Notes: generated by a model not told the origin, from the sequence alone. Counted from the stretch's first letter, positions 9,660 through 19,717 are shown. The stretch is DNA of 64,000 nt from an uncultured delta proteobacterium (GCA_963790475.1 CAWBOS010000010.1:32001-96000); one strand, 5' to 3'. Program-made: numbers and translations.

Positions 9660-10091
9660 ATGGAAATGGAAGGTTACTTTTTCCCGGATGATTTGTGGTA
9701 TGATAAAAATCATTTTTGGGCGCGGATCGAGGGCGATCACTTGGTGATGGGTACCACCGACTTCGCTCAAAGGCTGGCCGGCGATATCGGCTATGTGGAA
9801 CTGCCGGAAGAAGGGCGGAAGGTCCAGCAGGGCAAGCCCTTCGGTTCGATTGAATCCGGGAAATGGGTGGGGAGGATCTATGCGGTATTTTCCGGAGAGG
9901 TGACCGCAGTCAATGAAGCCCTGGAAGATCAACCGGAACTCATCAATGCCTCTCCCTATGACGAGGGCTGGATCTGTAAGATCGCTCCCGAGAATCTGGA
10001 AGGGGAAAAACAAAATCTGATGACCGCCGCGGATCTTAAACCGTTTATAGAGGCCGAGATCCTCCGGGTGAAAGAGTTGATGAACAAATAA
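9660..10091 (+). CDS. gcvH: Glycine cleavage H-like lipoyl-carrier protein (ESGKW type, LbpA-like)
   Basis: PDDLWY..HFWAR, GTTDFAQ..AGDI.YVELP, lipoyl-Lys in GSIESGKWVG, GEV.AVN..L...PELIN.SPY..GW. Confidence 0.85.
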   Translation: MEMEGYFFPDDLWYDKNHFWARIEGDHLVMGTTDFAQRLAGDIGYVELPEEGRKVQQGKPFGSIESGKWVGRIYAVFSGEVTAVNEALEDQPELINASPYDEGWICKIAPENLEGEKQNLMTAADLKPFIEAEILRVKELMNK

Positions 10092-10096
10092 AAGCA

Positions 10097-10204
10097 GGTA
10101 CACGGTAGAAGGTATAAGGTTTACGGTATAAGGTTCAAAACCAAAGGGGAAAAACTTCTCCCTAAAATCTTACACCTTAAACCTCGCACCTCAAACCTTA
10201 AACC
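10097..10204. repeat. Inverted pair of tandem heptamer arrays (GGTATAA / TTAAACC type)
   Basis: GGTACAC GGTAGAA GGTATAA GGTTTAC GGTATAA GGTTCAA ... TTACACC TTAAACC TCGCACC TCAAACC TTAAACC. Confidence 0.75.
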
Positions 10205-10227
10205 ATTTTGAGGGGAAGGAGTCTTAC

Positions 10228-12811
10228 ATGGGGTATGTTGAAGAATTAAAAACCATCGTCGGTGGAGAAAATGTCCATACCGGAATGATTGATCGAATCG
10301 GTTTTTCCCGGGACATGTCGGTTCATGAAGGTCTTCCTGATGTGATTGTTTTTGCCCAGACCTCGGATCAGGTCAGCCGGATTGTCAAAATTGCTGCCGC
10401 CCAAAACATCCCGGTTGTGCGCCCGTGGGGCAGGCACCAGTGTGACCGGAGCGGTGTTGCCGGCCAAGGGAGGCATCCTGCTGGATCTTTCCCGGATGAA
10501 TCAAGTCCTGGAACTCAATAAAAACGACGGTTATGTTATTGTCGAACCGGGGATAATCTGCAATGCCTTGAACGCCCGGTTGGAACCGACCCATTTTTTC
10601 CCACCCGATCCGGGCAGCGCCCCGGCCTGCACCATCGGCGGTATGATCGCCTGTAATGCCAGCGGGGTTCGGGCGGTCAAGTACGGAACCACCAGGGATT
10701 ATGTCAAGGGTCTGGAAGTGGTCTTGGCCGACGGCCAAGTGATCCATACCGGGACGCTGGCCCCTAAAAGTTCGGCCGGTTATGATCTGACCCGTCTATT
10801 TTGCACCTCTGAAGGGACCCTGGGGATAATCACCGCGGCCACCTTAAAGATTCTGCCCAAACCGGCCTATCTGGCCTTTGCCAAATTGCTCTTCCCTTCG
10901 GTCGATCAAGCCGGAGAAGCGGTGGTTAAGATATTGACCTCAGGCATCCCCTTGTCCGCCTGTGAGATCCTGGACGAGGTTTCCATCGGAGTGGTCAAAC
11001 AGGCCATGAAACTGGAAATCCCTCCCGAGGTCAAATGCCTTCTTTTTGTCGAGATCGACGGACACCGTCAAGCGATTTTGGATCAGATGACGCAAATTGA
11101 TGCCATCTGCAAAGAATTCGGGGGACTGGGGAATGAATGGTCCGATGACCCGGCCAAACGCCTGATCATGTGGTCGGCCAGGCAGGGACTGGTTCCTTCC
11201 CTGTCGCGAGTCAAGCCGGGTTACCGGCAGATTCCGATTGTCGAAGATTTTGGGGTGCCCATCAGCCAAATAAAGTCCATCATCCATGAAATTCAGAAAA
11301 TCGGGCGGGAACATGACTCTCCTATCGCCACCTTCGGCCATATCGGGGACGGAAATCTCCATGCCGTGCTGATTATGGATGTGCGTAAATCCAAGGAATG
11401 GGAGACCCTGCGCCAGATCGGCCGGGATTTTCTGGCCCTGACCTTGAAATATAAAGGGACCCTGACCGCCGAACATGGACTGGGGATGGCCAAATCGCCA
11501 TTTATCAAAGAAGAGCTGGGGGCATCCTTAGAAGTCATGAAGACCATAAAAAAGGCTTTAGATCCCCAAAATATCCTCAATCCGGGAAAACTGGGATTTG
11601 AGGACAGCATCAGGGATATTTATGAAAAGTCGGCTTATGCCCCTTTGATTGAAAAACCGGAAGCCTTTAAAAGTTTTGGGGAAAAGATTGACCATGAAAT
11701 TATGGCCTGCATCTTGTGCGGGTTCTGCCGGGCGGGATGCCCCACCTATGCCCAAACCGGCCTGGAAACCATGAATGCCCGGGGCAGGGTCCTGTTGGCC
11801 TTCGATTTGATGAGCGGCCGTCTGGAGCCCTCCGAAGAGATGGCCAAGCGACTGTATCAGTGCACCACTTGTCTCAATTGTAAATATACCTGTCCTTCCC
11901 GGGTAGAGGTGGCCGATGTGATGCAGGCGGCCCGTAAAAGATTGGCCGACAGCGGATTCCTGCCTCCGGTCTTTCAAAGCAGCAGTAAAAGCATCGCCCA
12001 ATACGGCAATCCTTTCGGCGAACCCAGGGAGAAGCGAACCGATGTCTTTCCTGCCGGATTTAAAACAGGTGGTCAGGGGGCCGAGGTCCTGCTCTTTGCC
12101 GGATGTGTGGCTTCCTATCAGGACATCAACATGATTCCCAACCTGATGACCATATTGGACAAGGCCGGTATCTCCTATACGACTCTGGGACAGGAGGAGG
12201 ATTGCTGCGGATATTTGAGCTATTTGATCGGGGCCGAAGAAGATTTTCAAACTTGTGTAAAAAACAACACCAAAAAATTTACCGACCTGGGGGTCAAGGA
12301 AATCGTCACCAGTTGCCCGGGGTGTTTTCGAACTCTTTCCAAATTGTATCCCCAATTTGGCGGAAATGCGGGGCTAAAGGTCCATCATGTGGTCACTTAT
12401 CTGAATGACCTGATGAGCCAGGGGAAGATCTCCTTAAAAGAGAAGGGATCATTAACTGTGGCCTACCATGACCCCTGCGATCTGGGGCGTCATATGCAGG
12501 TTTTTGAAGAGCCCAGGAATCTCCTGAAACAAATCCCCGGAGTGCAGCTAAATGAATTTAAGATGAATCGCCTTTTGGCCAAATGCTGCGGCAGCGGGGG
12601 AGGGGTCAAAGGTTTTGACAACCAGCTCAGTCAGGACATCGCCTACGACCGGGTCCTCCAGGCCCTGGAGGTTGGGGCCGAAGTAATCGTTTCCGCTTGC
12701 CCCTCCTGCAAGAGCAACCTGACCCAGGGGGCGGCCCGTCTGCGGAAGGAGAAAAAAGGAAAGATCAAGGTCAAAGACATTACTGAAATGATTGCTTCGG
12801 CCTTGGCCTAA
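10228..12811 (+). CDS. FAD-linked 2-hydroxyacid oxidoreductase (GlcD/D-LDH-like) fused to 4Fe-4S and CCG (GlcF/HdrD-like) domains; one +1 frameshift near 10420
   Basis: RGAGTSVTG, PPDPGS..CTIGG..ACNASG..VKYG, SEGTLGII, GHIGDGNLH, AEHGLG, LDPQNILNPGK; CILCGFCRAGCP, CTTCLNCKYTCP; CCG, YHDPCDLGR, CCGSGGG, SACPSC. Confidence 0.88.
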
Positions 12812-12886
12812 TAAAACAAGAATCCAGAATCCAGAGTCAGAATTCAGAAAGAAACCTTTATCAAAAAGGTATGAAGTCTTGTTGAG

Positions 12887-13066
12887 ATGAACTCGCAAAA
12901 AGTTGCCGAAATCCGTATTAGTCATTCCGGTCCCGCATCAAGTGCCGGATAGACTCCAGCCGGAATCCAGTGATTTTAAGTAGTCTTTGATCTCCTGGAC
13001 CCCGGTTTTTGCCCCCGGATTGAAACTTTCCGGGGCAGGCTTGGTGACGACTTTTTGCGAATCCAT
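12887..13066. repeat. Composite REP-like palindromic element (GTCATTCCGG...CCGGAATCCAG family)
   Basis: Core 12921-13050 with expanded loops; outer inverted repeat TCGCAAAAAGT / ACTTTTTGCGA. Confidence 0.7.
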
Positions 13067-13145
13067 TTTATTGATATTTTTAACTCATGCCTCTTATTGA
13101 GAATGAATTGACTTAAAAATCCTTGAGGAAAAGGAGAATATAATT

Positions 13146-14723
13146 ATGGCCAAAAGTAATTGGATGCACATGGGAACGGTACTCAAGATGAATGCCGTCA
13201 ACTTTCCGGACAAGCTTGGATGGCAGGACAAATCCAAAGAATTCACTTTTAAACAATGGAACGATCGCTCCTGTCGTTTGGCCAACGGTTTTAAAAAAAT
13301 GGGAGTTGGACATAGAGACCGTTTTGCCGTTCTGGCCTATAATCGGGGAGAATGGATGGATATCTATGCCGGGGCGGCCAAGGGGGGCCAGGTCATCGTT
13401 CCCCTGATGTTCAGGCTGGCCGGGCCGGACATCGAATTTATTGTCAATCATTCGGAATGCAAGGGAATGATCGTTGAGGCGCCTTTTGTTGATCTGGTCA
13501 ACGGGATCAAAGACAAACTGCAGGTTCCCAAAAATGCCTTTGTTTTTTTAGGGGAAGGCCCTGTGCCCAATGGATATATCGGCTACGAGGAATGGCTGGC
13601 CGGTTCCTCTCCTGAAGAACCGGATTTTGTGGTGGATGCCGCCGACCCCTGGACCTTTATGTACACTTCCGGCACCACCGGCCGTCCTAAAGGGGTGGTC
13701 CGCTCCCACGAAAGTTACATGGCCCAATATTACTTAGACATCATCAATATGGGTGTGCGCACTACAGATAAGGTGATGCTGGTCATGCCCATGTGCCACG
13801 TTAATTCCATTTTTTACTCTTTCCCCTACACCTTACTCACCGCCCCGGTCTTTGTCTACAACATGGTCTCCTTCGACCCCGAGGATCTCCTGAAGACTAT
13901 AGCCGAATATAAGATCACTTTTACCTCTCTGGTGCCCACCCACTACATCATGATCCTGTCCCTGCCGACTGAGATCAAGAATAGCATTGATGTCTCTTCC
14001 ATCCGGCAGCTTTTGATTTCTTCGGCCCCGGCCCGCAAGGACCTCAAGCTGGCCATTATGGATTACTTCAAGAATGCCGAACTGTGGGAGGCCTACGGGT
14101 CCACGGAAGGCGGGCTGGTGACCCTGCTCCGGCCGGAAGATCAATTTAAGAAATTAGGGTCTATCGGTCGTGAAATTTTCGGGACCGACCAAATCCGCAT
14201 TTTGAATGAAAAGCGTCAGCCGGTCCCGGAGGGAGAGGTAGGAGAGCTTTTTTACCGGACCCCCATGCTCTTTACCGAATACTGGAAAGAGCCGGAAAAA
14301 ACCAAAGAGGCCTTTGACAACGGCTGGTCTTCGGCCGGCGATATGGTCCGACGCGATGAAGACGGCTATTATGTCCTGGTGGACCGCAAGGCCAATATGA
14401 TTATCACCGGCGGGGAGAACGTCTATCCTTCCGAGGTGGAAAATGTGATCGGTAGTCATCCGGCGGTTAAAGATGTGGCTGTCATCGGGGTGCCGGATAA
14501 AAAATGGGGCGAGGCCATCAAGGCTATTGTTATCCTGCACGAAGGATATAAGGGAACCGCGGCCCTGGCCAAGGAAATCATTGATTACTGCCAGGGGAAA
14601 ATCGCCGCTTTTAAAAAACCCAAAACCATCGATTTTATCACCGACGCCGAAATGCCGCGAACCGGAACGGGGAAGATCCTGCACCGAATCTTGAGGGAAA
14701 AATACGGGAAGTGGAGTGATTAG
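13146..14723 (+). CDS. Acyl-CoA synthetase (AMP-forming, long-chain fatty acid-CoA ligase family)
   Basis: MYTSGTTGRPKGV, YGSTE, SAGDM, DRK..MIITGGENVYPSEVE, PRTGTGKI. Confidence 0.92.
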   Translation: MAKSNWMHMGTVLKMNAVNFPDKLGWQDKSKEFTFKQWNDRSCRLANGFKKMGVGHRDRFAVLAYNRGEWMDIYAGAAKGGQVIVPLMFRLAGPDIEFIVNHSECKGMIVEAPFVDLVNGIKDKLQVPKNAFVFLGEGPVPNGYIGYEEWLAGSSPEEPDFVVDAADPWTFMYTSGTTGRPKGVVRSHESYMAQYYLDIINMGVRTTDKVMLVMPMCHVNSIFYSFPYTLLTAPVFVYNMVSFDPEDLLKTIAEYKITFTSLVPTHYIMILSLPTEIKNSIDVSSIRQLLISSAPARKDLKLAIMDYFKNAELWEAYGSTEGGLVTLLRPEDQFKKLGSIGREIFGTDQIRILNEKRQPVPEGEVGELFYRTPMLFTEYWKEPEKTKEAFDNGWSSAGDMVRRDEDGYYVLVDRKANMIITGGENVYPSEVENVIGSHPAVKDVAVIGVPDKKWGEAIKAIVILHEGYKGTAALAKEIIDYCQGKIAAFKKPKTIDFITDAEMPRTGTGKILHRILREKYGKWSD

Positions 14724-14822
14724 GGATGACAAGTTCGTAAAAGATTCCTTTGCCTGGATTTAGATTTCTTACGTAGCTATCGGCGGTGATAGTCTGGGAA
14801 AAAATCGGCGAGTCGTGTTTGG

Positions 14823-14899
14823 GTCATTCCGGCGAAAGCCGGAATCCAGGGTTATCAATGCTTATTAACCTCCTGGACCCCGGTTTTCACCGGGGCGAC
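14823..14899. repeat. REP doublet
   Basis: GTCATTCCGGCGAAAGCCGGAATCCAG...CTGGACCCCGGTTTTCACCGGGGCGAC; related copies at 12921, 35274, 63818. Confidence 0.85.
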
Positions 14900-14951
14900 G
14901 ATCTGATTGGGAATTCATCAGAGGGGATACAAATAATTCAGAGGAGGGATT

Positions 14952-15350
14952 ATGGCCAAGAAGATTATCTACTCCGTGATCATTGTCTTTCTGGTTTGGA
15001 GTGTCCTGGATTATGTGATACACCAACTGATCCTGGGGGCCAGTTATCAGGCTACAGCCAACCTCTGGCGGCCCATGGCCCAGATGAAAATGGGACTCAT
15101 GTATGTGATGGTTTTTCTGGTGTCCATTGCCTTTGTCTGTCTCTATGCCCTGTTTGTGAGCAATCAAGGGATCAAAACCGGTTTCTTCTTCGGATTGATC
15201 TACGGATTCGGGGCGGCTATCTCCATGGGCTACGGAACCTTTTCCTTCATGCCCATCCCCTATCACAGGGCCTTCACCTGGTTTCTGGGGTCCGTGGTGG
15301 AGTTCACCCTTGCCGGTCTGATCGTGGGCGGGATCTGCGGGAGGAAATAA
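14952..15350 (+). CDS. Small four-helix membrane protein, unknown function
   Basis: GGAGG RBS, four hydrophobic segments, LWRP motif. Confidence 0.75.
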   Translation: MAKKIIYSVIIVFLVWSVLDYVIHQLILGASYQATANLWRPMAQMKMGLMYVMVFLVSIAFVCLYALFVSNQGIKTGFFFGLIYGFGAAISMGYGTFSFMPIPYHRAFTWFLGSVVEFTLAGLIVGGICGRK

Positions 15351-15375
15351 GCCCAACCATTAGGAGAAATTACCT

Positions 15376-16020
15376 ATGGCGAAATGCTGGTTCTGCAAAA
15401 CGACAAAAGGGAAGAGATATTGTTCGCCCATTGACAACCTTCTTTGCCCGGTTTGCTGCGGTGAAAAGAGATTAAAAAAAATCGACTGCAATGAAGATTG
15501 TAGATACCTTGAAGGGGTTGCCTTTCAAAAAAAGCGTGACCAGGAAAAAGAATTTTCAACCTTACTGGAAAGTGTTCCCCATGGACAACATAACGATATT
15601 TTGAATGAAACTGGAGTAGCATTGATCGCCGGGGAAATTGAAACTTTCGTCTGGGAAAAATATGTATTGGAAAACATCAACCTCACCGACAAGACCGTAT
15701 ATGAATCCTATAAAGAAATGTATAAACTTCATTTTGGTAATCAACCTCTTGAAGAACATCCTTCCGATTATTTTTTCCGAGAGTTAGAAAGACTCTATTT
15801 GGACAATAGAAGGCTTTGGGAATTGAAAACGAAGCATGAGAATATTGGCCGGGTATTTTTACGTTTAATGATTTCGATAAAAAATATGAGCGGGGGCCAA
15901 TTTGGAGAATTTGGGTATTTAAATTATCTGAAAAACAACTTTGGAAATATCGATACCGATGGGCAATTCATCGTTGAAGACAAGTTTGGAAACAAAACCG
16001 TGCGGACATTAAAACCTTAG
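15376..16020 (+). CDS. Hypothetical protein with N-terminal Cys-rich (Zn-binding) domain
   Basis: CWFC..KGKRYC...LCPVCCG..R...IDC..DCRYL; AGGAG RBS. Confidence 0.75.
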   Translation: MAKCWFCKTTKGKRYCSPIDNLLCPVCCGEKRLKKIDCNEDCRYLEGVAFQKKRDQEKEFSTLLESVPHGQHNDILNETGVALIAGEIETFVWEKYVLENINLTDKTVYESYKEMYKLHFGNQPLEEHPSDYFFRELERLYLDNRRLWELKTKHENIGRVFLRLMISIKNMSGGQFGEFGYLNYLKNNFGNIDTDGQFIVEDKFGNKTVRTLKP

Positions 16021-16025
16021 ATGAA

Positions 16026-16080
16026 TCGGATGTAAATTCCGACTTGACATCGGTCTTAATTTGGTACTATAAAGAGACCG
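16026..16080 (+). promoter_or_regulatory. Putative toxin-antitoxin promoter with operator inverted repeats
   Basis: TTGACA at 16044 and TATAAA at 16068; inverted repeats TCGGA..TCCGA (16026-16042) and CGGTCT..AGACCG (16051-16080). Confidence 0.45.
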
Positions 16081-16091
16081 GAGGTGATTCC

Positions 16092-16373
16092 ATGAATATA
16101 TCCCAAGACATAAAACCGGTTACCTACCTTAAATCAAGAGCCTCGGATCTGTTAAAGCAAATTAATGAAACCCATCGACCGGTTATCATTACTCAAAATG
16201 GAGAACCACGGGCCGTTCTGCAAGATCCTAAAAGTTATGAGGATATGCGGAACGCAATCGGAATACTGAAACTGATTTCCCAGGGCGAAGAGGAGATACA
16301 GGAAGGTAAATCTAAATCTCAGCAGGAGGTTTTTAAGGAAATTGACAATCTCTTGAAAGAAAAGTTGAAATGA
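16092..16373 (+). CDS. Type II antitoxin, Phd/YefM family
   Basis: DIKPVTYLK...PVIITQNGEPRAVL; GGAGGTG RBS; overlaps the toxin start. Confidence 0.9.
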   Translation: MNISQDIKPVTYLKSRASDLLKQINETHRPVIITQNGEPRAVLQDPKSYEDMRNAIGILKLISQGEEEIQEGKSKSQQEVFKEIDNLLKEKLK

Positions 16374-16705
16374 CCTTCCGTTATGAAGTTATCTGGGGTA
16401 GTAGTGCCGAAAGTGATCTAAAAAGAATTATCGAATACATCGCAGAGGATAACCCATCAGATGCTCTGAAAATATTCAAAACCATAAAACAAAAGACTTC
16501 CGGCCTTTTCACCTTTCCCGAAAGAGGCCGCATCGTCCCGGAGTTGCGAGATCATGGTATTTTGCAGTATCGGGAATTGATTGTTCCGCCCTGGAGAATC
16601 CTTTATCGAATATCTGAAAAACAGGTGTATGTCCTTTCCGTTCTGGATTCACGTCAAAATATAGAAGATATCCTGTTAAATAGACTCATCCGTTCAAATA
16701 CATGA
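16370..16705 (+). CDS. Type II toxin, RelE/ParE family
   Basis: AESDL..I.EYIAEDNP, FPERGRIVPEL, YRELI..PWRILYRI. Confidence 0.9.
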   Translation: MTFRYEVIWGSSAESDLKRIIEYIAEDNPSDALKIFKTIKQKTSGLFTFPERGRIVPELRDHGILQYRELIVPPWRILYRISEKQVYVLSVLDSRQNIEDILLNRLIRSNT

Positions 16706-16876
16706 AAACTCAAAGTTCTTGAAGGAAGCTAAAAAGAACTGGATAAACAGCAAGAAAGACTTATTATCCAGCCGTACAAGTATAGTAAACTTAATTAGTT
16801 ACACCAGAGAGTCTTTTCTATTTTATTGAACAGGCTGAGACTTTCTGATATTATCCAGAAAACTGTTCAATGATTT

Positions 16877-17725
16877 GTTAGCACTAATAAGAACATGGCA
16901 ATAGGATACGATTATGACATGCAGATTATGCCTTCAAACTTGCGACATTTGCAATTCACATATCGTTCCTGAATTCTTTTACAAGACTTTGTACAGCAAA
17001 GAAAAGCATAAGTTTGTCCAGCTATCTGGACCACCAAAAGTGAGAAAGTGGCAAAAAGGTTTTAAGGAAAAATTGCTTTGTAGAAATTGTGAGGACAAGC
17101 TGAACAAATGGGAAACATACGCGGCTCGAGTCTTGGTTGGTGGCACTGAGATTGGTGTTGAAAAACTACAAGAAATGATCATGGTTCATGATGTTGATTA
17201 TAAAAAATTTAAACTATTTCAACTCTCTTTATTATGGCGTGCTGGAGTGTCCGGACTGCGGCAATTCTCCAATGTCAAATTAGGACCACACGAAGAAAAG
17301 CTACGTTGCATGATAGAAAAAGATAATCCGGGCGTACCTGCTGACTATGGCTGTCTCATCATTTTTACACCATCTTATTTTGATTTAACGAGTCAAATGA
17401 TGATGCTCCCTCAAGAGTCGAAATTTGATGGCCACCGTTGCTACATATTCATAATGGCAGGTATGACATGGGTATTTTTTGTTTCTAGCCACGTGAAACA
17501 ACTGCAACATACAGAAAAAATGTTCCTTGGACTAGATGGGGTCTTGCCTGTGATGATCGAGAATGCTGCATCCAAGCTTTTTTTTGAAAGAACGTTCAGA
17601 GAATGGAAAGAATCTGGCAACCTTGATAAAGCGCTCAAAAGAATCTGATGAAATCCTAAAGAGGATTGAGGATTGAAATGCTAACTAAATCATTTCACCG
17701 GAGCGCTACCGCGCCCGGGAAATTT
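16877..17725 (+). mobile_element. Integron-type gene cassette with degenerate attC
   Basis: Core site GTTAGCA (16877-16883) upstream of the ORF and its exact inverse TGCTAAC (17679-17685) downstream, followed by an ATTTC(A)CCGG..CCGGGAAAT L-box stem; terminal GTT is missing. Confidence 0.55.
16914..17648 (+). CDS. Hypothetical protein with HNH-like Zn-finger nuclease N-terminus
   Basis: CRLC...SHIVPEF...LLCRNCEDKLN pattern; AT-rich cassette-borne ORF. Confidence 0.6.
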   Translation: MTCRLCLQTCDICNSHIVPEFFYKTLYSKEKHKFVQLSGPPKVRKWQKGFKEKLLCRNCEDKLNKWETYAARVLVGGTEIGVEKLQEMIMVHDVDYKKFKLFQLSLLWRAGVSGLRQFSNVKLGPHEEKLRCMIEKDNPGVPADYGCLIIFTPSYFDLTSQMMMLPQESKFDGHRCYIFIMAGMTWVFFVSSHVKQLQHTEKMFLGLDGVLPVMIENAASKLFFERTFREWKESGNLDKALKRI

Positions 17726-17757
17726 TTTGGGAATAAATATATTGAACAGGAGAGACT

Positions 17758-19596
17758 ATGGCAAAGATCGAAAACCATAAATACAGTATCGAAGAGGCAT
17801 TCCGCGAGTGTTTTTACATAGTCCCCGATTATCAGCGTGAGTACGTCTGGACCGACAAGGAAGTCCACCAACTCCTTGACGACATCAACGACGAAATAAC
17901 CGGACAATCGACCAAGGAATACTTCATCGGCACCATCCTGGTTTCGCCAGCCACCCTGAAAAATCATTACGAAGTGATAGACGGCCAACAACGCCTGACG
18001 ACCTTCTTTTTGCTACTCTGCGCCCTGAAGAACCTATTCAAGGGAGAATTCCAAGAATCGACCATCAGCGGGTTGATCTCCACCAGCTATACCGACAGCA
18101 ACGGTGACACCCAAACCAGCCTGAAGCTTGAACCCCGTTACGAAAATGCCGGGGAGATAATGAACAAGATAGTGGAATTAAATGAAGAGCCGATCAAAAT
18201 GAGAAATGCGGTGCAGGCTTCCGGAATCACCACTTTTGGCTCCCTGGAGAATATCATCAATGCTTACGGGACCATCTACCGCTATCTCCAAGAAAACTAC
18301 AAAGAGAAAGCACCGATGAAAAAATACTGGGGATACTTGGCAAACAACGTTGTCTTTATCCAGATATCCACCGACATCAGCAGCGCCCTGAAGATTTTCG
18401 AGACCATCAATGAGCGCGGCGTCGGCCTCAACCCGATGGACCTGCTGAAAAACCTGCTTTTCACCCACGTCAAAACCGATGAGTTCACCAAGCTGAAGGA
18501 TGAATGGAAGAAGATCACCAAGCCGCTGGAAAAGCAGAAAGAGAAGCCACTCCGCTTCCTCAGATACTTCCTGATGGCTAACTACAAGATCGAGAATGAC
18601 CGTAGCGACGCAATCGTGCGGGAAGATGAAATCTATGACTGGTTCATCAACAAGAAGAACGCAGCGCTTTGCGATTACAGCTCAAAGCCATTCGAGTTTG
18701 TCCGAAAGATCATCAGGAATGTTGAGTGGTTCATTGCCTTTTCATCAGGCAAGGGGAATGACAGTCTCGACAATTTGTACATGGACAACCTGCGGAGGCT
18801 CTGTGGCGGGGCCTTCAGTCTGCATTACGTGCTGCTTCTGGCTGCCAGCACATTCCCGAAAGCACTCTTTGACCACTTTGTCCAGCAACTGGAGAGCTTC
18901 CTGTTTTGCTACATTTTTACCAAGACGCCGACGAAAGACCTGGAGCGGAATTTCTCCGTATGGGCCGATGAACTGCGGGCAATTGCCGGGGTAACGGATG
19001 TCACGGAGCAGAAGCAAAAGCTGAACGAGTTTCTGAAGGAACGGTTCGACAAAAATATCCAGGCAAAACAGGGTGAGCTTGCCGATGACCTGAAACGCTA
19101 TACCCTCAATTCGATGCAGCAGTACCGGACTCGCTACCTGCTGGCCAAACTGACCCAGCATGTTGACATGGCCTACAAGGGACTCAGGACGCCAGGATCG
19201 TTGCAGGATTACACGGCCCTTGAGATTGAGCATATCCTTCCGAATAACCCCCAACAGGGCTTGCGTGACGACTTCACGCAGAACAACCCCGGCAAGCCGT
19301 ATGATCTCTACAAAACGATGTTGGGGAATCTTACCCTGCTGGAGAAACCGATCAATATTGTCGCCAGCAACAACTTCTTTCAGACGAAATGTGCAGAATA
19401 CAAAAAGTGCAAGTATTACCTCACCAGCAGCATTGCCGAACTTACCACCGTCGGCAACAACTCATCCATCAACCGGATCAATGCCAAGCTCCAGTCGTTC
19501 ACTGTCTGGGATGCCGCTGCCATAGAAAATCGGCAGGAACTGCTAAGCAATCTGGTTTCCGAGATTTGGAAGATCGAAGAGGTTGAAGTACCCTAA
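17758..19596 (+). CDS. gmrSD: GmrSD-family (DUF262 + DUF1524/HNH) modification-dependent restriction endonuclease
   Basis: PDYQREYVW, VIDGQQRLTT, IFETINERG, IEHILP, LGNLTLLEKPIN. Confidence 0.88.
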   Translation: MAKIENHKYSIEEAFRECFYIVPDYQREYVWTDKEVHQLLDDINDEITGQSTKEYFIGTILVSPATLKNHYEVIDGQQRLTTFFLLLCALKNLFKGEFQESTISGLISTSYTDSNGDTQTSLKLEPRYENAGEIMNKIVELNEEPIKMRNAVQASGITTFGSLENIINAYGTIYRYLQENYKEKAPMKKYWGYLANNVVFIQISTDISSALKIFETINERGVGLNPMDLLKNLLFTHVKTDEFTKLKDEWKKITKPLEKQKEKPLRFLRYFLMANYKIENDRSDAIVREDEIYDWFINKKNAALCDYSSKPFEFVRKIIRNVEWFIAFSSGKGNDSLDNLYMDNLRRLCGGAFSLHYVLLLAASTFPKALFDHFVQQLESFLFCYIFTKTPTKDLERNFSVWADELRAIAGVTDVTEQKQKLNEFLKERFDKNIQAKQGELADDLKRYTLNSMQQYRTRYLLAKLTQHVDMAYKGLRTPGSLQDYTALEIEHILPNNPQQGLRDDFTQNNPGKPYDLYKTMLGNLTLLEKPINIVASNNFFQTKCAEYKKCKYYLTSSIAELTTVGNNSSINRINAKLQSFTVWDAAAIENRQELLSNLVSEIWKIEEVEVP

Positions 19597-19669
19597 TGGC
19601 CCGTGGAGAAGCAAAAGGGGACAGCCTACTTTTTGAGCTATGCAGACAATATTTTCGAGATAGCGTGAC

Positions 19670-19717
19670 TACCAACCAGCGACTCGACCCCTCAAGCGGG
19701 TCAGCCGCGCGTTGGGC
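19670..19717 (+). mobile_element. attC-like recombination site
   Basis: TACCAAC-5nt-ACT(C)GACCC...GGGTCAGC-GTTGGGC; L boxes pair with one extra-helical base; short (48 nt). Confidence 0.65.

Noticed and set aside
14786-15475. 229-aa ORF and similar overlapping or antisense ORFs in the track
   Set aside because: Shadow frames crossing a REP element and better-supported genes; no motifs
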